A stretch of DNA of 21,591 nucleotides, from positions 1-21,591 of the forward strand of contig JANMKN010000324.1 in NCBI GenBank assembly GCA_031372065.1. Reading direction: 5' to 3'. The DNA comes from Abditibacteriaceae bacterium (lineage in GTDB: Bacteria; Armatimonadota; Abditibacteriia; Abditibacteriales; Abditibacteriaceae). The translations under genes were made by a program, and so were the position numbers. Each line of letters begins with the position of its first letter. Position 1 is the stretch's first letter. Shown one piece after another: positions 1-7,826 of the stretch. The notes under the pieces were generated by a model. It had not been told where the DNA came from and ran no database searches. It was given only the letters and a program-made list of their open reading frames with translations.

Positions 1-1
1 G

Positions 2-205
2 TTACAACAACGCTTGGCAGAACTAAAACGTCAGGGGGAACGAAAACGAAGCATTTACCGCATTGCCTCCGCCTTGTGGCTCATCGGCACCCTTATCATT
101 ACACTATCGTGGTTTAGCGTCGTGCCTCCCGAAGTGGGCTGGATGGGCTTTCTTTTAAGCCTGATTGGAGCCTTGATGCAATTCTTCTCCACCAGACGCT
201 TTTAA
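2..205 (+). CDS. 3' part of a small membrane protein (two predicted TM helices); probably truncated by the window edge
   Basis: The frame is open from position 2 (LQQRLAELKRQGERKRS...). Two hydrophobic stretches, IASALWLIGTLIITLSWF and VGWMGFLLSLIGALMQFF; stop TAA at 203-205. Confidence 0.6.
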   Translation, partial: LQQRLAELKRQGERKRSIYRIASALWLIGTLIITLSWFSVVPPEVGWMGFLLSLIGALMQFFSTRRF

Positions 206-287
206 AAGAAGATTTGTGTGAGAATATGTGTCCAATAAGCTGACGCAAGTCCGTTTGTGTTTAGGGGGCAAAGCCTTGTGCTAAGGG

Positions 288-926
288 ATGATGATGCGCG
301 AAAGATTAGCGAATTTAAATCGCAAAAGTTTGTCTTTAGTTTGTCTTGCTCTGGGAATTTGTCTGGGGTTAGTCGGCGGATTTGCCTTTAGAAGCCAATC
401 ATACAATTCCAACACTCGTCCTGACATTCTGGCAACCAATGTTTTTAAGGCGCCGAAATTCGCCAAGAAAATCTCGCCCACTATTGAAAAAAATATCTGG
501 TCGGAAGAATACGAGAAAATCGATGAAGACTTCAAGAAGAAGACTCGCGCACAGCAAGTGCAAGCAGCCTCCAGCTGGCCCTACTGGTTCAAAACTGAAA
601 AAGAAATTATCCGGTGGGCCCGAACGCATTCCATTCATGATTTGGCGCGGACTTACCGCTATCAACGCCCCAATAAAAAAATCGTGGCGGTCTTGGTGTC
701 TCCTATGGAGGATATGAGCCCTAATATCTATTTCTTTGCCCACCTTGTCTATCCCGACCAAGCAGATGGTGAGGATTTAGGATGGTCTTTAATGTTTTAC
801 AGGAACGTCAGTTCTTCTGAGATTAGCCTGTGGGTGGGCCAAAATCCGGATGAACTCTACTTTCGCTCCAAATCAGGCCAGGTCGTGCTTAGTGCCGATC
901 TTAGCAGTCTCCGTTCCGACTTCTGA
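288..926 (+). CDS. Hypothetical protein with N-terminal membrane anchor/signal
   Basis: 212-aa ORF with a basic N-terminus then hydrophobic LSLVCLALGICLGLVGGFAF. AAGGG precedes an ATG-ATG-ATG run, so the true start may be 294. No family recognised. Confidence 0.65.
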   Translation: MMMRERLANLNRKSLSLVCLALGICLGLVGGFAFRSQSYNSNTRPDILATNVFKAPKFAKKISPTIEKNIWSEEYEKIDEDFKKKTRAQQVQAASSWPYWFKTEKEIIRWARTHSIHDLARTYRYQRPNKKIVAVLVSPMEDMSPNIYFFAHLVYPDQADGEDLGWSLMFYRNVSSSEISLWVGQNPDELYFRSKSGQVVLSADLSSLRSDF

Positions 927-1116
927 TTGGCTCTCTTACTACAAAACTAATCAAAGGCCGCTTGTGACAGGTCGAAGCGCCAGACCTCAGTAACTTTAAC
1001 TTTTAAACTGATATGCCAAATAGCCTACCAACCGCGCTCAATGTCAGAAATGTTACAGAATTTTGCAGATTTTCGGGTTAGGGCCTTGGAAAGTCGTAAA
1101 ATGAAGCAAGATTACG

Positions 1117-2208
1117 CTACTTCACCGTAAAACTTTCTAATTCGCTGCCAGCGATTTTATCGCCGCCTTTGTGGGCATTGACGCTCCAGAAATACTGGTC
1201 GGGCGGCAGGGTTTGGGGCACTTGGTAGGACGTGCCGGGCACACTTTCAAAACTCATTAGCGCGTCTTTGGCTTTGACGCCTTTTAGATACACCTTATAA
1301 TCGTTGGCTTGCGGATGGGCTTTCCATTGCAGCGTCACATTGGCACCGCTAACCGTCGAACCTTTTTTAGGATTAACAAGTTCAACGACGTTGGAACCGG
1401 CCTGCCCTGTCACTTTGAAGTTGGAAGGCGAGGAGGTTTCAGCGATTTTGACGCCTTGGGCATTTGAGGCTTCGACTGACCATTTATAATCACCATTCAG
1501 CAGCGGCTTTTCGGCGGCGATGGAAGTTTCGCCCGTTTCCATATCCATCGAATCGGCGATGCCACTTTTGGCGCGGACTGTCACTTTGTAATTGCTGGCA
1601 GCCGGATAGCTTTTCCAAGTAAATTTCGGCTGTGCCACATTGACCGTCGCGCCGTTTTTGGGCGTCGTGGTTTGCAAATCCACTTTCCATAAATTCACGG
1701 TGCGAATATCCAATGACTTGTCTTTTTCAATGTTGAAAGTGGCCGCTGACAGAATGCCGGAGGTTGGATAAATGAATTTATTGGATGTAAAAATGCGCAC
1801 CGCGAGGCTGTAACTGCCCGGCGTGACGTTATCAACGATGTAAAAGCCGTCTTTATCCGTTTTCGCTCCGAACGATTTGCCAGTGCAGCCGCCGATGAAA
1901 CCAATTTTCTCGCACAACTGCACTTCGATATTCGCCGCGCCTTTGCCGTCATACAACACGCGCCCGATGGCGTTGCCTTTGCCCGCCGCCGGTTTGCGTT
2001 GCGGTGCATTGGGTTCTTTTTCTGTGACAACTGTCACAGGCACTTGCGAGGGTGACGAAGTCGCGCTGGAGTTCTGTGCTACCGGCGTAACGGGCGCGGT
2101 TTCATTGGTCTTGTTGCAACCCACAACGGCAATCACAATGACGCCTGCAAGCAATGATGAAGCCGCGCGCCACACAAAAAGAAGCGAATTTGTCGTTTGA
2201 ACTTGCAT
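1117..2208 (-). CDS. Putative lipoprotein: carboxypeptidase-regulatory-like beta domain plus two Ig/FN3-like repeats
   Basis: Lipobox-like IAVVG-C then a P/T/S-rich linker. The GRVLYDGKGAANIEVQLC...AKTDKDGFYIVDNVTPGSYSL pattern is followed by two similar C-terminal repeats (PKNGATV..FTWK..YKV..YKWSVEA / PKKGSTV..LQWK..YKV..YFWSVNA). Confidence 0.8.
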   Translation of the reverse strand: MQVQTTNSLLFVWRAASSLLAGVIVIAVVGCNKTNETAPVTPVAQNSSATSSPSQVPVTVVTEKEPNAPQRKPAAGKGNAIGRVLYDGKGAANIEVQLCEKIGFIGGCTGKSFGAKTDKDGFYIVDNVTPGSYSLAVRIFTSNKFIYPTSGILSAATFNIEKDKSLDIRTVNLWKVDLQTTTPKNGATVNVAQPKFTWKSYPAASNYKVTVRAKSGIADSMDMETGETSIAAEKPLLNGDYKWSVEASNAQGVKIAETSSPSNFKVTGQAGSNVVELVNPKKGSTVSGANVTLQWKAHPQANDYKVYLKGVKAKDALMSFESVPGTSYQVPQTLPPDQYFWSVNAHKGGDKIAGSELESFTVK

Positions 2209-2419
2209 AATGCGCTCAGTTTCCTACAAAAACCAGCGCATTTCATTTCAACTTCTTTGTTTTTATAACACCAACCAAAACACAACCGGTTCAATCAAGT
2301 GAGCCTTGCCACTCGCGCAGCTCACGATTGTCGAAATACATAGTTTTTTCAGTCATACTGACTCTCCAAAGAAGTTGCTGCATAGCACTTAATTGTCGTG
2401 AATCCTCGACTGTTTTCTC

Positions 2420-4972
2420 ATGAGTTTTAAACATCATTTACCCTCACGCGCCATTGTGGTGCTCTTAGGTGGGCTTGGCCTGACTGCTTCATTGTGGTCG
2501 GGCGCGTCCGCGCAAAATGCTAAATATGTGCCCATTCGTCTGGCCGCCGCGCCTGATCTTGAAGGCGCGAAGTTTTTCGATGCCGAAGTCGCCACGATTT
2601 TGCAGGCCCAATGCCAGCGCTGTCACGGCGAAGAAAAACAAAAAGGCGGCTTGCGTCTGGATTCGCGCGAAGCGGTTCTCAAAGGCGGCGATAGCGGCCC
2701 TGCGGTAACTTTGGATAAGCCGGACGACAGCTTGCTGCTCAAAGCGATTTCGTATGACCACGAAGATTTGAAAATGCCGCCTTCGAAAAAGATGGCGCAA
2801 TCTCAAATAGATACGCTGAAAAAATGGGTCAAAATGGGCTTGCCGTGGAGCGAAAAAAAGGACGCCACGCCTGTCAAGCACACCATGACCGTCCCGATTG
2901 ACGCCAAAGCCAAAGCGTGGTGGGCCTTTCAGCCGGTCAAAAATTCCCCCGTCCCCAAAGTCAAAAACAAAAGCTGGGCCATTAATCCGATTGATAATTT
3001 TATTCTGGCGAAACTCGAAGCAAAAGGCTTCAAACCGGCGCCTTTTGTCGGCAAGGAAGCGCTTTTGCGCCGTGCTTATTACGATTTGACGGGTCTGCCG
3101 CCCACGCCCGGCGATGTGCAGAATTTTGCGAATGACAAGGCGCCGGATGCTTACGAAAAAGTGCTGGACAAACTGCTGGCTTCGCCGCAATATGGCGAAC
3201 GCTGGGGCCGTCACTGGCTTGATTTGATGCGCTATGCCGAGACTAATTCGTTTGAGCGCGATGGCGACAAGCCGTTTGTGTGGCGCTACCGCGATTACGT
3301 CATTAAGTCGCTAAACGACGACAAGCCTTACGACCAATTTCTCAAAGAGCAACTCGCGGGCGACGAACTGCCCGATGCCACGCCCGAAGCCCTAACAGCT
3401 ACTGGCTATTATCGGTTGGGCCAATGGGATGATGAGCCAAGCGACCACGAACAAGCGCGCTTTGATGAATTGGATGATATTGTTTCCGTCACAGCGCAAA
3501 CCGGCCTTGGCATGACGGTCAATTGCGCGCGCTGCCACGATCATAAAATTGATCCGATTTCGCAAAAAGATTACTACAAATTCGTGGCGTTTTTCCGAGG
3601 CGTCACCCGTTACGGCGGCGAAGGACGCAACGTCGAGGAAAATTCACTGCGCCCGATTTCTTCCAAAGAAGAACAAGAACGCTTCGCCAAAGAATCGGAA
3701 GAATTCAAGAAAAATCTTAGCGATCTTAACAAGCAATTGGACGACATCGAAAAAACCGTGCGCGAGGGTTTTGAAAATGTCGAAAAAGAAGATTTCCGCG
3801 CCAAGCAAAACCGCGCGCCGATTTTAAAAAAGCGTGTGCCCGACAAACTTTCGCAGGCCGATTATGACAAATATGTGGATTTGACCTCCAAACGAGATGA
3901 ACTGGAACGCCATCCGCCGCGTGGCTTGGAAAAAGCCTTAGCCATCACCGAAATGCCCGAAATGCGCCCGACAAACGTGCTGTTTCGCGGCAGCCCGGCG
4001 GCGCCCGGCGAAGAAGTGCAGCCCGGCTTTTTAGAAGTTTTGGGCGTGCCCGACCCGCAAATTCCGGCGCGTGCCAAAGACGCGCCGACTTCAGGGCGCC
4101 GCACCATTTTAGCGAATTGGATGACCGACCCGAAAAATCCGCTGACTTCGCGCGTTATGGTAAATCGCATCTGGCAGCATCATTTCGGGCGTGGCATTGT
4201 GCGCTCGACCAGCAATTTCGGCTATATGGGCACGCCGCCCACGCATCCCGAACTGCTCGATTATCTGGCGACGCAATTTGTCGCGGGTGGCTGGAAATTG
4301 AAGCCGCTGCACAAGATGATTATGATGTCGAACGCTTATAAAATGTCGTCGCTGTATAACAAAGCGGCGGTGGCAAAAGACGCCGATAACGATTTGTTCT
4401 GGCGTTTCGATATGCGCCGCTTGGACGCCGAAGAAGTGCGCGATTCGGTTTTGAAAGTAAATGGCACGCTGAATCTCGAAGGCGGCGGGCCGAGCATTTT
4501 CGTGGAAATTCCGCCCGAAGTTTTGGCTGGTCAATCGGTTCCCGGCGCAGGTTGGGGCAAATCGTCGCCCGCCGAAGCCGCGCGCCGTAGCGTTTATATC
4601 AAAGTCAAGCGTTCCTTAGCTGTGCCGCTTTTAGCCGGTTTCGACGCCGCCGACACCGATCAAACCTGTCCGGTGCGCTTTGCCACCACGCAGCCCACGC
4701 AAGCACTGACGATGCTCAACTCGAAGTTTTTGGGCGAACAAGCGCAGATTTTGGCCGATTCGCTCAAAGCAGAGGTTGGGGACGATTTGAAAGCGCAAGT
4801 CAAACTGGGATTAACGCGCGTCACACAGCGCCAGCCCAGCGAAAAAGAACTCGCGCGCGGATTGAATTTAATGCGCGACTTACAACAAAAAGAAGGCCTG
4901 AGCGAAGCCGCCGCACGCCGCGCGTTTGCGCTGGTGCTGTTGAACTTGAACGAATTTTTGTATTTGGACTAA
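2420..4972 (+). CDS. Planctomycete cytochrome c (PSCyt1)/DUF1549/DUF1553 domain protein (PSD1 family), module 1
   Basis: Signal peptide; CQRCH haem motif followed by KGGLRLDSRE; WWAFQP, NPIDNFI, LLRRAYYDLTGLPPT, YGERWGRHWLDLMRYAET, CARCHDHK, NPLTSRVMVNRIWQHHFGRGIV, PTHPELLDYLA and terminal LLNLNEFLYLD. Confidence 0.93.
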   Translation: MSFKHHLPSRAIVVLLGGLGLTASLWSGASAQNAKYVPIRLAAAPDLEGAKFFDAEVATILQAQCQRCHGEEKQKGGLRLDSREAVLKGGDSGPAVTLDKPDDSLLLKAISYDHEDLKMPPSKKMAQSQIDTLKKWVKMGLPWSEKKDATPVKHTMTVPIDAKAKAWWAFQPVKNSPVPKVKNKSWAINPIDNFILAKLEAKGFKPAPFVGKEALLRRAYYDLTGLPPTPGDVQNFANDKAPDAYEKVLDKLLASPQYGERWGRHWLDLMRYAETNSFERDGDKPFVWRYRDYVIKSLNDDKPYDQFLKEQLAGDELPDATPEALTATGYYRLGQWDDEPSDHEQARFDELDDIVSVTAQTGLGMTVNCARCHDHKIDPISQKDYYKFVAFFRGVTRYGGEGRNVEENSLRPISSKEEQERFAKESEEFKKNLSDLNKQLDDIEKTVREGFENVEKEDFRAKQNRAPILKKRVPDKLSQADYDKYVDLTSKRDELERHPPRGLEKALAITEMPEMRPTNVLFRGSPAAPGEEVQPGFLEVLGVPDPQIPARAKDAPTSGRRTILANWMTDPKNPLTSRVMVNRIWQHHFGRGIVRSTSNFGYMGTPPTHPELLDYLATQFVAGGWKLKPLHKMIMMSNAYKMSSLYNKAAVAKDADNDLFWRFDMRRLDAEEVRDSVLKVNGTLNLEGGGPSIFVEIPPEVLAGQSVPGAGWGKSSPAEAARRSVYIKVKRSLAVPLLAGFDAADTDQTCPVRFATTQPTQALTMLNSKFLGEQAQILADSLKAEVGDDLKAQVKLGLTRVTQRQPSEKELARGLNLMRDLQQKEGLSEAAARRAFALVLLNLNEFLYLD

Positions 4973-4974
4973 AG

Positions 4975-5114
4975 GAATAGAACACGGAGCCTTCGGCTTC
5001 ACGGAAATGGCACGGATTTTTACGGATTTTCAATACAGAGTTTGTTTTGATTATTTCTTAAAACCGTGTTTATCTGTGGCGTTTCTGTGAAGCCGAAGGC
5101 TCCGTGTTCTATTC
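4975..5114. repeat. 140-bp REP/MITE-like inverted repeat (28-bp perfect arms, extending imperfectly to about 54 bp)
   Basis: GAATAGAACACGGAGCCTTCGGCTTCAC (4975-5002) is the exact reverse complement of 5087-5114. The inner arms continue with CACGGATTTT/TACGGATTTT-type subrepeats. Confidence 0.9.
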
Positions 5115-5128
5115 AAAATTGGAGTTTT

Positions 5129-6586
5129 ATGAGCAAAGGTGAATTTTGTGGGCGCACACGGCGCGAGTTTTTATGGCAGGCGGGCGGCGGCTTCATGGGT
5201 CTGGCGCTCTCGCAGATGCTGGATGGCGATTTTCTGTCGAAACAGGCGCTCGCCGCCGATGGCGTGACGCCTTATCAAAACCCGCTGGCGCCGAAAAAAC
5301 CGCATCACACGGCAAAAGCCAAAAGCGTCATTTTTCTGTATATGTATGGCGGGCCAAGCCAGATTGACACCTTCGACTACAAGCCGGCCATGAAAGGCAT
5401 GGACGGCAAAACCGTCGCAGTGGATACTTTTGGGCGCGGCGGCAAAAAGAAAGGCGGACGCATCGTCGAAACACCGTTTTCGTTCAAGCAATACGGCCAA
5501 TCCGGTCAATGGGTGTCGGAGATTTTCCCCAATTTAGCAAATCATGTAGATGACATCGCTTTTCTCAAATCCATGACCGCCGATTCACCGATTCACGGCT
5601 CGGCCATGCTGCAAATGAATACCGGAAAAATTCTCAGCGGCAATCCGTGTTTGGGTTCTTGGGTCAACTACGGGTTGGGCACCGAAAACGAAAACCTGCC
5701 CGGCTTTGTGGTTATGCTCGACCCGCGCGGCGGCCCCATTTCCGGCCCGCGCAACTGGACAAGCGGCTATATGCCCGCCAGTTATCAAGCGACGGTTATT
5801 AATGCCGGTGATTCGCCGATTCTCGACTTGAAACGCCCCGACGAATACAGCGAAAACGCCCAGCGCGCCATGTTGGACACGTTGCAGGATTACAACAACG
5901 AGCATCACGCTTTGCACGGCGATAACACCAACTTAGCGGCGCGCATCGCCAGCTATGAACTCGCTTACAAAATGCAGCGCCACGCGCCCGAAGCCACCGA
6001 TTTGCGCAGCGAAAGTGACGCCATCAAGGAAATGTATGGACTCAACGACAAAACCACTTCGCCCTTTGGTCGCCAATGCTTAATGGCGCGACGCCTTGTC
6101 GAACGTGGCGTGCGTTTCGTGCAGATTTATTCGGGCGGCGGGCACAATGCCACGACTTGGGACGCGCACGACGACATCGGCAAAAACCACCGCTTGCACG
6201 CCGGGGAAACCGACAAGCCGATGGCTGCGCTGATTCAAGACCTCAAGCAACGCGGCCTGCTCGATTCGACTTTAATCGTGTGGGGCGGCGAGTTTGGCCG
6301 CCAGCCAACAGCGGAATATGCCGTTGGCAGCGGGCGCGACCACAATTCTTATGGCTTCACAATGTGGATGGCCGGCGGCGGCATCAAAGGCGGCCAAAGC
6401 ATCGGCACAACCGACGAACTGGGCAGCCGCGCCGTTGATGACCCTTATAAAGTGAAGCATCTGCACGCCACCATTCTCAACCAATTGGGCGAAGACCCAA
6501 ACCGCCTGACGTATTTCTACGGCGGCCTCGATCAAAAACTCGTCGGCGTCGAGGGCGCCGAACCGATTCAGAAATTGATTGCGTGA
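5129..6586 (+). CDS. DUF1501 family protein (Tat-exported, sulfatase/alkaline-phosphatase-like), module 1
   Basis: Start revised to ATG 5129 because GGAG lies at 5121-5124 and the ORF-track start 5066 is inside the palindrome. Twin-arginine TRREFL; KAKSVIFLYMYGGPSQIDTFDYKP, CLMARRLVERGVRFVQ, WDAH, VWGGEFGR, GRDHN, MWMAGGGIKGG. Confidence 0.93.
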   Translation: MSKGEFCGRTRREFLWQAGGGFMGLALSQMLDGDFLSKQALAADGVTPYQNPLAPKKPHHTAKAKSVIFLYMYGGPSQIDTFDYKPAMKGMDGKTVAVDTFGRGGKKKGGRIVETPFSFKQYGQSGQWVSEIFPNLANHVDDIAFLKSMTADSPIHGSAMLQMNTGKILSGNPCLGSWVNYGLGTENENLPGFVVMLDPRGGPISGPRNWTSGYMPASYQATVINAGDSPILDLKRPDEYSENAQRAMLDTLQDYNNEHHALHGDNTNLAARIASYELAYKMQRHAPEATDLRSESDAIKEMYGLNDKTTSPFGRQCLMARRLVERGVRFVQIYSGGGHNATTWDAHDDIGKNHRLHAGETDKPMAALIQDLKQRGLLDSTLIVWGGEFGRQPTAEYAVGSGRDHNSYGFTMWMAGGGIKGGQSIGTTDELGSRAVDDPYKVKHLHATILNQLGEDPNRLTYFYGGLDQKLVGVEGAEPIQKLIA

Positions 6587-6607
6587 GATGTAAGCGGCCT
6601 GATGTAA

Positions 6608-7759
6608 ATGAAGAGATGGCATTGTATCGCTCTCGTGGTGGGGCTGCTTTTGACGGGCATAGCAGCCTCTAAAATTAACACGTTCGTTTATGACGCCACT
6701 CATTTACACGCTCGGCCAGACAATTTGGATTTGGCCTTCGATGTCTCGCCACGCGGCGATCAAATCGTTTTCACAGGTGCCGGAAGCGGTAAAAGCGATT
6801 TGTATTTCCTGAACTTGAAAACGTCACGTGTTACGGAACTCACCGATACGCCGGTTTATGAAGGTCATCCGGCTTTTTCTCCTGATGGCCGTTTTATCGC
6901 TTATGTGGCGGGCGTCCCCGAAAAGGGAGAGGATTGCGCTGACCACCTGTATATTCGCTCTCTCGATGGAAAAACCGTTAAACAGTTGACCACCGGAAAC
7001 CTAAATGATTCACAGCCGGCATTCTCTCCTGATGGCAATGAGATAGTTTTCCTGCGCGCCAACCAATACATCACGGGAGGTATGGTAGCGTGGGGGCAGT
7101 GGTGGAATCCACAAATTTTTACGATTCATCGTGATGGCACTCAACTACGCCAAATTACCGATTCAAAACAACTCTATCAAACGCCGCAACTCACATCGCT
7201 AAGGAAACGCACCCTTCCGTCGCCTTACGGATTTAATGAGATTGAGGGATATGATATAGGTTCGCCTCAATTCTCTCCTGACGGTAAAACTCTCGTTTTC
7301 GATTTCGGAGATACACGATATGGGCACAGATATGACATTGCATCAATTGACCTCACCAAAAACACAGACAATTGGTCACAGGGAATTCAGTTATTAACCC
7401 AAGATGGGCATAGTGCATTGCCGACGATTTCGCCAGACGAGAAAAAGATCGTATTCATTTCAGAAACCCAAATGCCGGGTTCGGGAAGGTATGGTTCGCT
7501 TTCCTCATTAAGCCTAATGAAACCTGATGGCACTGCAAGAAAAACTGTTTTGCCGAAGGGAAAAGGTAGTTCTTCAAAAACCGATGTTCTCTGGACACAC
7601 ACGCGGCCTAAATTTACTCCAGACGGTAAATTAACATACTTTCTCATTGAGGGAGAAGGCTTTTATAGATTAAATGCAGCCAACAAGAATTTAGAAAAAA
7701 TAGCAGATGGAACACTTTTTACTAATACTTTGTCGTGGAAACCGCCTCAAAAGAAGTAA
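6608..7759 (+). CDS. TolB-like beta-propeller protein with PD40 repeats and an N-terminal signal/anchor
   Basis: Repeated PAFSPDG/PQFSPDG/PTISPDE/PKFTPDG motifs with hydrophobic strands; N-terminal hydrophobic segment; AT-richer than flanking genes. Confidence 0.85.
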   Translation: MKRWHCIALVVGLLLTGIAASKINTFVYDATHLHARPDNLDLAFDVSPRGDQIVFTGAGSGKSDLYFLNLKTSRVTELTDTPVYEGHPAFSPDGRFIAYVAGVPEKGEDCADHLYIRSLDGKTVKQLTTGNLNDSQPAFSPDGNEIVFLRANQYITGGMVAWGQWWNPQIFTIHRDGTQLRQITDSKQLYQTPQLTSLRKRTLPSPYGFNEIEGYDIGSPQFSPDGKTLVFDFGDTRYGHRYDIASIDLTKNTDNWSQGIQLLTQDGHSALPTISPDEKKIVFISETQMPGSGRYGSLSSLSLMKPDGTARKTVLPKGKGSSSKTDVLWTHTRPKFTPDGKLTYFLIEGEGFYRLNAANKNLEKIADGTLFTNTLSWKPPQKK

Positions 7760-7826
7760 AATCGAAAAGCGATATTGGCAACTTACGAGTCAGCTAAAAT
7801 ATCAAAAGAACAACCGCTAATTCGCG

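Noticed and set aside
2328..2361. Sigma70 promoter (TCGAAA-17-CATACT) and TCAGT-CAT-ACTGA dyad upstream of the DUF1549 operon
   Set aside because: Only 4/6 matches in each box and a 5-bp dyad; not distinguishable from chance without TSS data.
5066..5128. Upstream GTG start for DUF1501 module 1
   Set aside because: It lies within the palindromic element; ATG 5129 has a GGAG RBS and places the twin-arginine motif at the usual position.
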